Source of the DNA: an uncultured Actinomycetes bacterium
GTDB lineage: Bacteria; Actinomycetota; Thermoleophilia; UBA2241
Assembly: GCA_963767005.1 (NCBI GenBank)
Contig: CAVYCN010000002.1
Location: 96,001 to 160,000 of the forward strand
Length of the DNA stretch: 64,000 bases
Reading direction: 5' to 3'
The notes beneath the pieces are model-generated. The model worked only from the letters and a program-made list of their open reading frames with translations, did not search any database and was not told the origin of the DNA. This document shows, piece after piece, positions 26,277 through 37,924 of the stretch. A program made the translations under genes and the position numbers. Numbering within the stretch: the stretch's first letter is position 1; every line of letters begins with the position of its first letter.

Positions 26277-27428
26277 ATGAAGCGCGACTACTACGACGTG
26301 CTCGGTGTCGAGCGCGACGCCGACGACGCCCAGATCAAGAAGGCGTTCCGCAAGCTCGCGCGCCAGTTCCACCCCGACGTGAACCCCGACGATCCCGACG
26401 CAGAGGCCCGTTTCAAGGAGCTCGCCGAGGCGTACGAAGTGCTGTCCGACGACCAGACCCGGGCCGCCTACGACCGCTACGGCTTCGAGGGCCTGCGCGG
26501 CCAGGCGGTGCCCGACTTCTCGCAGTTCGGCTTTGCCGACCTGTTCGACGTGTTCTTCGGCGGCGACCCGTTCGGCTCGGTGCTGCGCGCTTCGGGCGCG
26601 GGCGGGCCCTGGGGAGGCTCGGCCATGGCCGGCGCGCCGCGCGGCGACGACGTCGAGGTCGAGGTCGAGCTCGAGCTCATCGAGGCGGTGTTCGGCGCCA
26701 AGCGCGACGTCGAGGTGCGCGCCGACGTAGCCTGTACGACCTGCGAGGGCAGCGGCGCCAAGCCGGGCACCGGCCGCGAGCGCTGCCCCCAGTGCCAGGG
26801 CACCGGTCGCACGCGCGAGGTGAGCTCGCTGGGCGGCTTCGGCCAGTTCATCCGCACGAGCACCTGCAGCGTGTGTCGCGGCCAGGGCACGATCGTGCGC
26901 GAGCCCTGCGAGACCTGCCGCGGCACCGGCCGCAGGCGCGCCGCCCGCACGGTGACGGTCGAGGTGCCGGCCGGCATCGACGACGGCCAGCGCCTGCGCA
27001 TCACTGGGCAGGGCGGGGCCGGCGGTCCGGGGGCGCGGCCCGGCGACCTCTACGTGCTGGCCCGCGTCAAGCCCGATCCGCACTTTCGCCGTGACGGCAA
27101 CGACCTCGTCTACCGGCTCGACCTCACCATGGTCGACGCCTCTCTTGGCCTGCGCACCGTGGTGCCGGCGCTCGACGGCGACATCGACCTGAAGATCGCG
27201 GCCGGCAGCCAGCCCGGCGACGTCAAGGTGTTCCGCAACCGCGGCGTGCCGGTGCTGCAGGGCTACGGCCGCGGCGACCTGCGCGTCGTGCTCAACGTCA
27301 CGGTGCCGCGCCACCTGAGCGACGAGCAGCGCGAGCTGCTGCAGCGTTTCGAGGAGCTGTCGACCGACAAGAACTACCAGCCCGACGAAGGCTTCCTCGA
27401 CAAGCTGCGCGCCGCGTTTCGCCAGTGA
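26277..27428 (+). CDS. dnaJ: chaperone DnaJ
   Basis: J-domain with HPD, G/F region, four CxxCxGxG zinc-finger repeats. Confidence 0.97.
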   Translation: MKRDYYDVLGVERDADDAQIKKAFRKLARQFHPDVNPDDPDAEARFKELAEAYEVLSDDQTRAAYDRYGFEGLRGQAVPDFSQFGFADLFDVFFGGDPFGSVLRASGAGGPWGGSAMAGAPRGDDVEVEVELELIEAVFGAKRDVEVRADVACTTCEGSGAKPGTGRERCPQCQGTGRTREVSSLGGFGQFIRTSTCSVCRGQGTIVREPCETCRGTGRRRAARTVTVEVPAGIDDGQRLRITGQGGAGGPGARPGDLYVLARVKPDPHFRRDGNDLVYRLDLTMVDASLGLRTVVPALDGDIDLKIAAGSQPGDVKVFRNRGVPVLQGYGRGDLRVVLNVTVPRHLSDEQRELLQRFEELSTDKNYQPDEGFLDKLRAAFRQ

Positions 27429-28255
27429 GCGGGCCCTCCTTCAAGCGCTGTACCCTCGAGATCGTCGAAGAGCGCTACGACGAGGCGGTCGTCGCGCTGC
27501 TCGACCTCGGAGTCGGCGGCTGGCAGGAGCGTCTGCCGATGCTCACCTTCTGGCTCTCCGACGAGGCCTGCGGCGCGGCCGAGCGCGACGGCGGCTTCGC
27601 CCGCCTGCGCGCGCTGGGCCGCCTGTTCTGCGAGCCGCAGGTCGGGGGCTGGGAGGAGCAGTGGCGCCGGTTCCACCACCCCGTCACGGTCGGCGGCATC
27701 ACCGTACGCCCGCCGTGGGCGGCGCCGCTGCCCGGCACGCTCGACGTGATCATCGACGTCGGCATGGCCTTCGGCACCGGGTCGCACACCACGACGCGCC
27801 AGTGCCTGGCCGTGCTGGCCGACCTGCCGCGCGGCTCGCTGCTCGACGCCGGCACCGGCACCGGTGTGCTTGCGCTGGCCGCGATGCGGCTCGGCTATGC
27901 GCCGGTCTTCGCCTTCGACAACGACCCGGCGGCGCTCGTGATCGCCGAAGGGAACGCGCGCCGCAACGGTCTGCGCCCGCTGCTCTTCGGCGCCGACGTC
28001 ACCGACCGCGCGGTCGAGCTGCCGCACGCCGACACGGTCGTGGCCAACATAGCGCTCTCGCCGATCGTGGCGCTCGGCGGACGGGCCGGCGCGGCCCGCG
28101 CCGCCGGCCAGCCGCACCCCCGCACCGTCGTGCTCGCCGGCCTGCTCGACGACCAGGTGGCGCCCGCGCTCTCCGCCTTCGCGGGCTACGAACGGAGCCG
28201 CGTCGACACCGAGGGGGAGTGGACCTGTCTCGTGCTCGAAGAGACCTCCGCGTGA
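27425..28255 (+). CDS. prmA: ribosomal protein L11 methyltransferase
   Basis: [27 protein letters not shown]; follows dnaJ. Confidence 0.9.
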   Translation: MSGPSFKRCTLEIVEERYDEAVVALLDLGVGGWQERLPMLTFWLSDEACGAAERDGGFARLRALGRLFCEPQVGGWEEQWRRFHHPVTVGGITVRPPWAAPLPGTLDVIIDVGMAFGTGSHTTTRQCLAVLADLPRGSLLDAGTGTGVLALAAMRLGYAPVFAFDNDPAALVIAEGNARRNGLRPLLFGADVTDRAVELPHADTVVANIALSPIVALGGRAGAARAAGQPHPRTVVLAGLLDDQVAPALSAFAGYERSRVDTEGEWTCLVLEETSA

Positions 28256-29631
28256 GCGGCGCGCCCGGCGCCGGCGCCGCTCGTGGCGGCGACGGCGGGC
28301 CGCTGCGCGTCCACGCCGCCGTCGCCGGCTGCAAGGTGAGCCGCGCCGACGGCGAGGCGGTGCTCGCCCGCCTCGCCGCCGACGGCTGCCGGGCGGTCGC
28401 CGATCCCGCCCAGGCCGACGTGCAGGTCGTGCTCACCTGCGCCGTGACGGCCGAGGCCGAACGCTCCTCGCGGCAGCTCGCCCGCCGCCTCGCTGCCCAT
28501 GGCCGGCCCGTCGTGGTGGCCGGCTGCGCCGCCGCGCTGCGTCCGCAGCAGTTCGCCGGCGCCGCGTTCGACGTGACGACCGACGACGGCGCCGCGGCCG
28601 CGCCCGACGCCGTCGCACGCCGCGTGCTCGAGGCCGGCCGATGGGCCGCGGCCGACACCCGCGACGGCGATCCCCCAGGACCGGTCCAGTCCGGCCGCGC
28701 CGCCGCGCCGGCGCCGGTGGTCGAAACGCCGACAGCGGGCGCCGCCGCGGAGCTCGCTTCTCGCGACCGCACGCGCTTCACGCTGAAGGTGCAGGACGGT
28801 TGCGCCGGCCGGTGCACCTACTGCGCCGTGCGTCTCGTGCGCGGCCGGCCGCGCAGCCTGCCGGCCGCGCTCGCGCTCGAGCGGGCCGCGGCGGCCGTCG
28901 CCGCCGGCTGCGGCGAGGTCGTGGTCTCGGGCATCGACGTCGGCGCCTACCGCGACCCGGCGACCGGCGACGACCTCGCCGCCCTCGTGCGGCGGCTCGT
29001 CGCGCTGCCCGGCCTGCGCCGCCTGCGGCTGTCGTCGATCGAGCCCGGCCACCTGTCCGACGCGCTGCTCGAGGCGCTCACCGACGACCGCGTCGCCCGC
29101 CATCTGCACGTGCCGCTGCAGTCGGCCGACGACGGCGTCCTTGCCGCCATGGGGCGACCCTACCGCCGGCGCGACTACGATGAGACGATCGCGCGCGTCC
29201 GGCGCCTGCTGCCGAGTGTCGCCCTCTCGACCGACCTGATCGCCGGCTTTCCCGGCGAGGACGACGCTGCCTTCGCGCGCTCGCTTGCGCTGATCGGACC
29301 GGACGGTCCGTTCTCGCGCGTGCACGTGTTCGGCTACTCGTCGCGGACCGGCACGCCGGCCGCGGCTCTGGCGCCGCTCGCCGCGGCGACGGTGAAGGAG
29401 CGGGTGCGACGGGCGCGCGCGGCGGCGGCCGCGGCGCAGGGCGCCGCGGCCGCCGCCGCGCGCGGCCTGCCCGCCGATGTGCTCGTCGAGGAATTCCGCG
29501 ACGGGTTCTGGAGGGGGTACAGTTCTCCCTACGTGCGGTACTACCTCACCGGCGCGGCGGAGCGCGGCCGCCTGGTACGGGCGGTGGGCGAGGACCTGCA
29601 CCGCGACGGGTTGAGGGGACGGATCGTATGA
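28252..29631 (+). CDS. mtaB: tRNA methylthiotransferase MtaB (MiaB/RimO family radical SAM)
   Basis: GCKVS, TCAVT, KVQDGCAGRCTYC, RLSSIEP, HLHVPLQS, DLIAGFPGE; prmA-mtaB-HIT synteny. Confidence 0.85.
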   Translation: MSGAPGAGAARGGDGGPLRVHAAVAGCKVSRADGEAVLARLAADGCRAVADPAQADVQVVLTCAVTAEAERSSRQLARRLAAHGRPVVVAGCAAALRPQQFAGAAFDVTTDDGAAAAPDAVARRVLEAGRWAAADTRDGDPPGPVQSGRAAAPAPVVETPTAGAAAELASRDRTRFTLKVQDGCAGRCTYCAVRLVRGRPRSLPAALALERAAAAVAAGCGEVVVSGIDVGAYRDPATGDDLAALVRRLVALPGLRRLRLSSIEPGHLSDALLEALTDDRVARHLHVPLQSADDGVLAAMGRPYRRRDYDETIARVRRLLPSVALSTDLIAGFPGEDDAAFARSLALIGPDGPFSRVHVFGYSSRTGTPAAALAPLAAATVKERVRRARAAAAAAQGAAAAAARGLPADVLVEEFRDGFWRGYSSPYVRYYLTGAAERGRLVRAVGEDLHRDGLRGRIV

Positions 29632-29978
29632 GCGCCGGGAGCGCCTGCGCCTTCTGTCGCATCGCGACCGGAGAGCTTGCGGCCGACGTCGTGCTGGCCG
29701 ACGAGCGCTTCGTCGCTTTTCGCGACCGGCGTCCGGTGGCGCCGACGCACGTGCTCGTGATCCCGCGCCGGCACGTGGCCTCGCTCGACGAGGTCGAGGG
29801 ACTGCCCGGCGAGACACTGGCCGCGATGCCGGTGTTCATCGCCGCGGCGGCCCGCCGGGCCGGCCTTGCGCGCAGCGGCTACAGGGTGGTCACCAACACC
29901 GGCCCCGACTCGGGCCAGGAGGTCGCGCACCTCCACTGGCACGTGATCGGCGGTCGACGCCTGGGAGGGATGGCATGA
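29628..29978 (+). CDS. histidine triad (HIT) nucleotide-binding protein
   Basis: CAFCRI, PTHVLVIP, GQEVAHLHWHVIGG. Confidence 0.93.
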   Translation: MSAGSACAFCRIATGELAADVVLADERFVAFRDRRPVAPTHVLVIPRRHVASLDEVEGLPGETLAAMPVFIAAAARRAGLARSGYRVVTNTGPDSGQEVAHLHWHVIGGRRLGGMA

Positions 29979-30436
29979 TCCGCGTAGCGGGGGCGCTCGA
30001 GGAGCGCATCAAGGCAGACACCGTGGTCGCTCTGAAGGCCGGCGACCATCGTCGCACGCAGGCGCTGCGGCTGCTTACCGCGGCGCTCAAGAAGGAGCGC
30101 ATCGACGCCGGCGTAGCGCCCGACGAGACGGCCGAGCTCGTCGTGCTCAAGCGCGAGCGCAAGCGCCGCGTCGAGGCGGCCGATCTCTACGACAAGGCCG
30201 GCCGGGCCGAGCTCGCCGAGCAGGAGCGCTACGAAGAAGGCCTGATCGCCGTCTATCTGCCGGCCGAGCTCGGCGACGACGAGCTCGGGGCGATCGTCGA
30301 CGCGGCGATCGCCGAGACGGGCGCCGCCTCGCCCAAAGAGATGGGCAAGGTGATGGCGGTCGTCATGAAGAAGGTAGCTGGGCGTGCCGACGGCGGTGTC
30401 GTGAACCGTCTGGTGCGCGGCCGGCTCGGCGCCTGA
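29975..30436 (+). CDS. GatB/YqeY domain protein
   Basis: KRRVEAADLY, YLPAEL, KEMGKVM, GRADG. Confidence 0.9.
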   Translation: MIRVAGALEERIKADTVVALKAGDHRRTQALRLLTAALKKERIDAGVAPDETAELVVLKRERKRRVEAADLYDKAGRAELAEQERYEEGLIAVYLPAELGDDELGAIVDAAIAETGAASPKEMGKVMAVVMKKVAGRADGGVVNRLVRGRLGA

Positions 30437-30462
30437 GGGCGCCTTTGTCCGAGAAGGAGAGC

Positions 30463-31470
<1,008 letters not shown>

Positions 31471-31489
31471 GCGCGCGCGGCGGTCGACG

Positions 31490-32095
31490 ATGAACGAGCT
31501 GCGCATCGAAGTCGTCAATCTCACGCGCCTGGAGCTCGAGCCGGAGCAGGTGGCGCGCCTCGTGGCGCGCGTGCTCGTCGCCGAGGGCGTGCGCGACGGC
31601 GAGCTGGGCGTGCGCTTCGTGGGGGCGCGCCGCATGCGCGCCCTGAACCGCGACCATCTGGGCCACGACGAGGTGACCGACGTGCTCTCGTTCCCGCTCG
31701 AGGAGGCCGACGAGATCGACGCGACAGCGGCTTTCGGCGAGCTTGGTCAGGCCGGCAGCTCCGGCGACGGGGCCGGCGCCGGCTCTGACGGCGGCTCTGG
31801 CGACGGCGCCGGGTGGTCGGGCCGATCGGACGCCAGCGATGGCGCGATCGTCGGCGACGACAGTCCCGACACCATGCCGCGCCTGCTCGGCGACGTCGTG
31901 GTCTGCCCGCTGCGCGCCGCCGCCCAGGCGCGCGGCGCCGGCCGGCCGCTGGCGTTCGAGCTCGCCGCCCTGCTCGTGCACGGCACGCTGCACGTCGTGG
32001 GCTACGACCACGAGACCGACGCCGGCGAGATGGCCGCGCGCGAGGCGCGCCTGCTCGACGACGCCGACTGGGAGCGCCTGCTTGGCACAGCCTGA
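31490..32095 (+). CDS. ybeY: rRNA maturation endoribonuclease YbeY
   Basis: TDVLSFP, LGDVVVC, HGTLHVVGYDH; Gly/Ser/Asp-rich insertion. Confidence 0.93.
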   Translation: MNELRIEVVNLTRLELEPEQVARLVARVLVAEGVRDGELGVRFVGARRMRALNRDHLGHDEVTDVLSFPLEEADEIDATAAFGELGQAGSSGDGAGAGSDGGSGDGAGWSGRSDASDGAIVGDDSPDTMPRLLGDVVVCPLRAAAQARGAGRPLAFELAALLVHGTLHVVGYDHETDAGEMAAREARLLDDADWERLLGTA

Positions 32096-32816
32096 CGACA
32101 GACGCACCTCGCTGCTGCAGAGCTTCAACTTCGCCTTCGAGGGCATCATCCACGTCGTCCGCTCGCAGCGGAACATGAAGATCCACGTGGCGATCGCCAT
32201 CGTCGTCCTGGTCTCCGCCTTCTTCTTCGACCTCGACCGCCTCTCGATCGTGGCGCTCTTCGTGGCGATCTCGTTCGTGTTCATCACCGAGATGCTGAAC
32301 ACCGCGCTCGAGTACGCGATCGACATCTTCACGTCGCGCTTCGACCCGCGCGCCAAGATCGCGAAAGACCTCGCCGCCGGCGCGGTCCTCGTGGCCACGC
32401 TGAACGCGCTCGCCGTCGCCTACCTCGTGTTCTACGCGCGCCTCACGAGCATGCCGCACAACGTGCTGACCAAGGTGCGCGAGACGCCGACCGACGTGAC
32501 CGCGATCACCGTCTTCCTGCTCGTGGTCGTGGTGATCGCCGTGAAGGCCCTGACCGGTCGCGGCACGCCGCTGCGCGGCGGCCTGCCGAGCGGCCACGCC
32601 GCGGTGGCTTTCGGTGGCTGGGTGGCGATCACGTTTATCGCCGCCGGCACTCACTACGCCCTGTCGATCTCGCTGATCGCCCTGGTGATGGCGTTCCTCA
32701 CCGCCCAGAGCCGGGTGCAGTCCGGCATCCACACGTGGCTCGAGGTGACGCTCGGCGGGCTCCTCGGCGCCGGCCTCACGGTGCTCATCTTCCAGCTCTT
32801 CTACCCGTTGGTCTGA
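32082..32816 (+). CDS. dgkA: undecaprenol/diacylglycerol kinase fused to PAP2 phosphatase
   Basis: SFNFAFEGI, EMLNTALE, AKIAKDLAAGAVL (DgkA) plus GGLPSGHAA, SRV...IH (PAP2); TTG start inferred. Confidence 0.88.
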   Translation: MAQPDDRRTSLLQSFNFAFEGIIHVVRSQRNMKIHVAIAIVVLVSAFFFDLDRLSIVALFVAISFVFITEMLNTALEYAIDIFTSRFDPRAKIAKDLAAGAVLVATLNALAVAYLVFYARLTSMPHNVLTKVRETPTDVTAITVFLLVVVVIAVKALTGRGTPLRGGLPSGHAAVAFGGWVAITFIAAGTHYALSISLIALVMAFLTAQSRVQSGIHTWLEVTLGGLLGAGLTVLIFQLFYPLV

Positions 32817-33307
32817 TGCCGGCGGCGCCGGACAGCGGCAGGACAGCCGGGGGTGCGCCGGGCACGGTCGGGCGCGCGCCGGGCGCAGCCGAGCGCGCGC
32901 TCTTTGTGCGCGCCGGCGCGGCGGCCGCGCAAGCCTACGCGCCGTACTCCGGCCTGCGGGTCGGCGCCGCGCTCGCCGCGGCGAGCGGCGCCGTCTATGC
33001 GGGCGTGAACGTCGAGAACGCGTCGTACCCGGTCGGCCTCTGCGCGGAGCGGGCCGCCCTGGCGGCCGCCGTCACGGCCGGCGAGCGCCGTTTCACGGCG
33101 CTCGCCGTCGCCACCGCCTCGGGAGCGCCGATCCTGCCCTGCGGCGCCTGCCTGCAGGCGCTCGCCGAGTTCGGCGACCTCGACCTCGTGTTCGCCCTTC
33201 CGCCGGTCGCGCCGGCCGCCGCCGCCGCCGCCCCGGGCGAGCTGCGTGCCGTCGCGCTGCACGACCTGCTGCGCGTGCCGTTCGTGTTGCCGGGCGCTCC
33301 CGCATGA
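32816..33307 (+). CDS. cdd: cytidine deaminase
   Basis: AYAPYS, GVNVENASY, CAE, PCGAC. Confidence 0.92.
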   Translation: MPAAPDSGRTAGGAPGTVGRAPGAAERALFVRAGAAAAQAYAPYSGLRVGAALAAASGAVYAGVNVENASYPVGLCAERAALAAAVTAGERRFTALAVATASGAPILPCGACLQALAEFGDLDLVFALPPVAPAAAAAAPGELRAVALHDLLRVPFVLPGAPA

Positions 33308-33371
33308 GCGCACGATCCGCCCGCTGCACCCCCGCCGGCGCGCCCTGCCGTCCGCGCTCGGCGGAGCCGGC

Positions 33372-34259
33372 ATGAGCGCGCCGTTCCACTCGGGCTTCGT
33401 CGCCGTGCTGGGCCGCCCCAACGTGGGGAAGTCGACCCTGGTCAACCGGCTCGTGGGGCGCAAGGTGAGCATCGTCTCGGACCACCCGCAGACCACGCGG
33501 CGGCGCATCAGCGGCGTGGTCACCGGCGACGCTTTTCAGCTCGTGCTGCTCGACCTGCCCGGCTTTCAGCGGCCCTTCGACTCGCTCACGCGGCGCATGC
33601 AGGCGACCGTCGACGCGACCCTCGCCGAGGTCGACGCCGCGCTCTTCGTGACGAGCGCGACCGAGACGCCGGGCGGCGGCGACCGCTACATCGCCCGCGC
33701 GGTCGCTTCGGCGGCGACGCCGTACGTCGCCGTGCTGAACAAGGTCGATGCGGTCGGCGGCGAGCTGCTCGAGCAGCGCCGCGTGGCCGTGGCGGAGCTG
33801 CTCGATGGGGGAGAGGTGCGGCCGATCAGCGCCCTGCGCGGCGACGGCCTGGGCGACGTCGTGACGGCGCTCCTCGAGGCCATGCCCGAGGGGCCGGTCT
33901 ACTTTCCCGATGGCGAGGTCTCCGACCAGCCGCTCGAGCTGCTCGTCGCCGAGCTCGTGCGCGAGCAGGCCCTGCAGGTGACGCGCGAGGAGGTGCCTCA
34001 CGCCGTGGCCGTCGAGGTCGAGTCGATCGTCGAGCGTCCCGGCGACTCGCTCGTCGAGATCGAGGCCTACCTGATCGTCGAGCACGAGTCGCAGAAGGCC
34101 ATCCTGATCGGCAAGGGCGGACGGGTCGTGAAGCGCATCGGCAGCGGGGCGCGCGCCGAGATCGAGTCGGTGCTCGGCGCGCGCGTCTTTCTGTCGCTGC
34201 GGGTGAAGGTGCGCCGGCACTGGCGGCGCGACGACCGCTACGTGGAGCGGCTGCTCTAG
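33372..34259 (+). CDS. era: GTPase Era
   Basis: GRPNVGKST, QTTR, NKVD, EEVPH, ILIGKGG KH domain. Confidence 0.96.
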   Translation: MSAPFHSGFVAVLGRPNVGKSTLVNRLVGRKVSIVSDHPQTTRRRISGVVTGDAFQLVLLDLPGFQRPFDSLTRRMQATVDATLAEVDAALFVTSATETPGGGDRYIARAVASAATPYVAVLNKVDAVGGELLEQRRVAVAELLDGGEVRPISALRGDGLGDVVTALLEAMPEGPVYFPDGEVSDQPLELLVAELVREQALQVTREEVPHAVAVEVESIVERPGDSLVEIEAYLIVEHESQKAILIGKGGRVVKRIGSGARAEIESVLGARVFLSLRVKVRRHWRRDDRYVERLL

Positions 34260-34361
34260 GCCGCGCCCGGGCCCGCCGGGCCCACGGACCCTCTGATATA
34301 CTCGAGCCCGATGACAGGCGCGACCGGCGCGCCCCATGCTCGGGAAGGGACGGTCCGCTCG

Positions 34362-35060
34362 GTGCACGCTGAAGAACTCGCCAAGACCATCGACCACACC
34401 CTCCTGCGCCCCGAAGCCACTGTGGCCGACGTCGAGTTGCTGTGCGCCCAGGCGGCCCAGTACCACTTCGCCGCCGTCTGCGTGCTGCCCCACTGGGTGT
34501 CGCTGTGCCGCCGGCTGCTGGCCGACTCGGACGTCAAGGTCTGCACCGTGATCGGCTTTCCGTACGGCGCCGACGGCGTGCACGCCAAGGTCGCGACCGC
34601 CAAAGACGCCATCGCCCACGGCGCCGACGAGATCGACGTCGTCATGTGCCTGCCGGCCATGCTGTCGGGCGACTTCACCTACGTGCGCAACGAGCTGCGC
34701 GCGGTGGTGCGTGCCGTGCGCGCCGGCGGCGTCAACAACGGCCGTGGGCTCATGCTCGTCAAGGTGATCGTCGAGACGTGCTACCTGTCGACCAAGCTCA
34801 AGAAGATGGCCTGCAAGATCGTCGAGGACACCGGCGCCGACTTCGTGAAGACATCGACGGGGCTCGGTCCGGCCGGCGCCACCGTGCACGACGTCGAGCT
34901 CCTGCGCGACGCGCTGAGCGAGCACGTGGCCGTCAAGGCGGCCGGCGGGGTGCGCACCTACCGCGACGTCGCGCGCCTGATCAACGCCGGCGCGGCCCGC
35001 ATCGGCACGAGCGCGGGCGACCAGATCATGCGCGAGTTCCTGGCCGGCGAGGCCGGTTGA
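34362..35060 (+). CDS. deoC: deoxyribose-phosphate aldolase
   Basis: IDHTLL, VIGFPYG, GADEIDVV, KVIVET, FVKTSTG, KAAGG, RIGTS; alternative start ATG 34311. Confidence 0.95.
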   Translation: MHAEELAKTIDHTLLRPEATVADVELLCAQAAQYHFAAVCVLPHWVSLCRRLLADSDVKVCTVIGFPYGADGVHAKVATAKDAIAHGADEIDVVMCLPAMLSGDFTYVRNELRAVVRAVRAGGVNNGRGLMLVKVIVETCYLSTKLKKMACKIVEDTGADFVKTSTGLGPAGATVHDVELLRDALSEHVAVKAAGGVRTYRDVARLINAGAARIGTSAGDQIMREFLAGEAG

Positions 35061-35136
35061 CGGGCTCGCCGCGCCGCCGCCTGCAGGCGAACAGGTTTCC
35101 TTCGCCTCTCAAGGTACTAGAATCGTCCATAGACCC

Positions 35137-36861
35137 ATGAGCACCGACCTCGACACGGCGATCGCGCCGGCGCGCCGCGCCGGCCGCGCGCGGCCGGCGC
35201 GACACACCGGCCGCCCGATCGCCTGGCGCACCGTCGCCGTCGCAGCTGCCCTGGTGGGCATCCTCGCCGTGGCCGCCTGGCTGCGCCTCAAGGGCATGGG
35301 CTGGGGGCTGCCCTACAGCTACCAGGACCCCGACGAGCGGGTCGTGCTGATGCACGCCTTCCGCATGTCCCGCGGACATCTCGATCCGGGCTTCTTCCTC
35401 TACCCGTCGCTGCTCTTCGAGGTGATCGGCGCCATCATCCGTCTCGTCGCGCTGGTCTATGCGCCCCACGGCCTGAGCCTCACCTCGACCGCCGCCTTCG
35501 TCACAGACCCCACGCCGTACTACCTGATCGGCCGCGGCGTTGCGGCCGTCTGCGGCGTCGTCTCGGTCTACCTGGTCTATCGCCTCGGCCGCGAAGCCTA
35601 CTCGCGCCCGGTCGGCCTGGTGGCGGCGGCCTTCCTCGCCGTCGTGCCGCTCGCCGTGCGCTACTCGCACCAGGCCGTGACCGACGTGCCGGCCACCATG
35701 CTCGGCCTGCTCGCCCTGCTGCTGTTCGTGCGGGCGGCGCGTCGCCGCGACGCCCGCACCCTGCTGATCGGCGCCGTCGTGACCGGTCTCGCCACCGGCA
35801 CCAAGTACAACCTCGGCATGCTGATCGTGCCGGGCCTCGTCGCCAGCTGGTACGTCTGGCGCGACGACTCGCTGCGACGCACGCTGCGCGCCCTGCCACG
35901 GCACGCCCTCGGGCGCCTGGTCGCGCCCATGCTGCTGGCCTACCTCGTGAGCACGCCCTTCACGCTGCTCGACCCGCACCACTTCGTGACCGACTTCGCC
36001 CGCCAGAACCGCATCGTCGCGCGCGGCTGGCTCGGCTTCGAGCACGTGCACAACGGCTACTGGTACAACCTGAGCGTCAACCTCGTCGCCTCGCTCGGCG
36101 TGGTGCTGCTCCTGCTGGGCATCGCCGGCCTCGTGCTGGCGCTCGTCAGGCGCCGGCCGGCCGACGTGATGCTGGCCTCGTTCACGATCGTCTACTACCT
36201 CTACGTGAGCTCGTGGCACGAGCTCATGGACCGCTACCTGCTGCCGATCGTGCCGCTCCTCGTGCTGCTCGCAGTGCGTCTCTGCGTCGACCTGGCCGGC
36301 GTGCCGCTGGTCCGCCGGCGCCTCGTCGTCGCGGCCGCCGCGGCGGCGCTGCTGCTGGGGGCGGTCGTGCTGCCGGCGCGCGCCTCGATCACCTACTCGC
36401 AGTCGCTGCGCGGCACCGACGTGCGCAGCGTGGCGAAGGTGTGGCTCGAGCGCCACCTGCCGGCCGGCGCCGTCATCGCCGAGGAGCCGTACGGGCCGCC
36501 CCTCGTGACACTCACCGACCTGCCCTACTACAGGGCGGCCCGCCTGTCGCCGCCGGCGTACACGATCTACAGCCTGCCGCTGCCCCTGCCCGGCGCGCGC
36601 GACCCGAGCGACGGCCTGAAGTTCCTCGTGGCCCAGAAGGTCACCTACGTGGTGCTGAGCTCCGAGGTCGACAGCCGGGTGCTTGCGGCGCGCGCCACCT
36701 ACCCGGCTCAGGTCGCCTTCTACGAGATCCTGAGCCGGCGGGCGCAGCTCGTCGCCACGTTCGCGCCGCGCGCCGGCGAGAGCGGCCCGGTGATCACGGT
36801 CTACCGTCTGCCGGCGAGCCTCCGCCACAAGCTCGCGCGCTCGATGCGCAACGCCGCCTAG
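35137..36861 (+). CDS. GT-C fold membrane glycosyltransferase (PMT/ArnT-like, family 39)
   Basis: TM followed by DPDE loop motif, YPSL, GLATGTKY, RYLLP; polytopic. Confidence 0.82.
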   Translation: MSTDLDTAIAPARRAGRARPARHTGRPIAWRTVAVAAALVGILAVAAWLRLKGMGWGLPYSYQDPDERVVLMHAFRMSRGHLDPGFFLYPSLLFEVIGAIIRLVALVYAPHGLSLTSTAAFVTDPTPYYLIGRGVAAVCGVVSVYLVYRLGREAYSRPVGLVAAAFLAVVPLAVRYSHQAVTDVPATMLGLLALLLFVRAARRRDARTLLIGAVVTGLATGTKYNLGMLIVPGLVASWYVWRDDSLRRTLRALPRHALGRLVAPMLLAYLVSTPFTLLDPHHFVTDFARQNRIVARGWLGFEHVHNGYWYNLSVNLVASLGVVLLLLGIAGLVLALVRRRPADVMLASFTIVYYLYVSSWHELMDRYLLPIVPLLVLLAVRLCVDLAGVPLVRRRLVVAAAAAALLLGAVVLPARASITYSQSLRGTDVRSVAKVWLERHLPAGAVIAEEPYGPPLVTLTDLPYYRAARLSPPAYTIYSLPLPLPGARDPSDGLKFLVAQKVTYVVLSSEVDSRVLAARATYPAQVAFYEILSRRAQLVATFAPRAGESGPVITVYRLPASLRHKLARSMRNAA

Positions 36862-37856
36862 CGGATCGCCAGGTAGCTGCCGAAGCCCACCGGGATCGGC
36901 AGCCAGAAGTTGATCAGGCGGTAGACGAGCACCACCGCGATCGCCTGCGGCGACGGCACGTTGAAGCTCACGAGCAGGGTGATGAGCAGGCCCTCGACCG
37001 CCCCCAGACCGCCCGGCGTCGGCGACAGGCTGCCGACCGCGTTGGCCACGGCGTAGCTGACCAGCAGCGCGGCCAGGGCGATGTGATACCCGAGGGCGAG
37101 GAACACGAGGTACAGGCAGAGCAGGTCGAAGACCCAGAACATGCACGAGTAGGCGACCGCCGTGCGCTTGGCGCCGCGGTGGGTGCCCATGCGGCGCATG
37201 GCCGAGAACAGGCTGTCGAGCCACTCGTCGATGTTCTCAGCGCGGATCAGCTCACGCCGGTAGACGCGATTGACGAGAGCGGCGATCTGCGACACCCGGC
37301 GGCGCATCTTGGCGCGGTGCCCGTAGAGGTAGATGCCGTAACCCGACAGCCAGAGCAGGAAGGCGATGAGCACCAGGGCGAAGCCGTAGCTCAGCGGGTT
37401 GACGCGGCTGCTCGACACGACCGACACGAGCGCCACCAGGAACATCACCCAGAGCACGATGTAGGCGAAGAAGTTCTGGGCCGCGATCGCCACGAAGATG
37501 AGGCCGTGGGGTGCGCCCTGTTTGCGCAGCGCGTTGTAGCTCACCACCATGCCGGCCGCGCCGCCGGCCCCGAACAAGTGGCTGAACGACAGGCCGGCGA
37601 GCACGATGTTGAGCACCCGGCGGAACGTGAGGCGCACGTCGAGCACGCCCAGGACGTGGCGGAACAGGTCGGTGTAGCCGATCAGCGAGACCGCCTCGAC
37701 GACGACGGCCACGACGAGCAGCGGCCAGCGCGCCCGGCGCAGCAGGCTCAGGGCGCGCTCGGGCCCGACGAGGCGGGGCAGCAGCAGGTACAGGATGACG
37801 ACGATCAGCACGAACCAGACGACCCTGCGGATCGTCTTTGCCGTCGATCGGCTCAC
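36858..37856 (-). CDS. lysylphosphatidylglycerol synthase TM-domain / flippase-like protein (YbhN/AglD2-like)
   Basis: PTPGGLGAVE and YRLINFW signature; polytopic; GTG start at 37856. Confidence 0.85.
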   Translation of the reverse strand: MSRSTAKTIRRVVWFVLIVVILYLLLPRLVGPERALSLLRRARWPLLVVAVVVEAVSLIGYTDLFRHVLGVLDVRLTFRRVLNIVLAGLSFSHLFGAGGAAGMVVSYNALRKQGAPHGLIFVAIAAQNFFAYIVLWVMFLVALVSVVSSSRVNPLSYGFALVLIAFLLWLSGYGIYLYGHRAKMRRRVSQIAALVNRVYRRELIRAENIDEWLDSLFSAMRRMGTHRGAKRTAVAYSCMFWVFDLLCLYLVFLALGYHIALAALLVSYAVANAVGSLSPTPGGLGAVEGLLITLLVSFNVPSPQAIAVVLVYRLINFWLPIPVGFGSYLAIR

Positions 37857-37924
37857 GCGCCCCTGCCGCCGGCTCTCCTCACCGGTCCCTCGCTCCTGCG
37901 GTGCGTCGTTCGCCGCCGGCCCCT

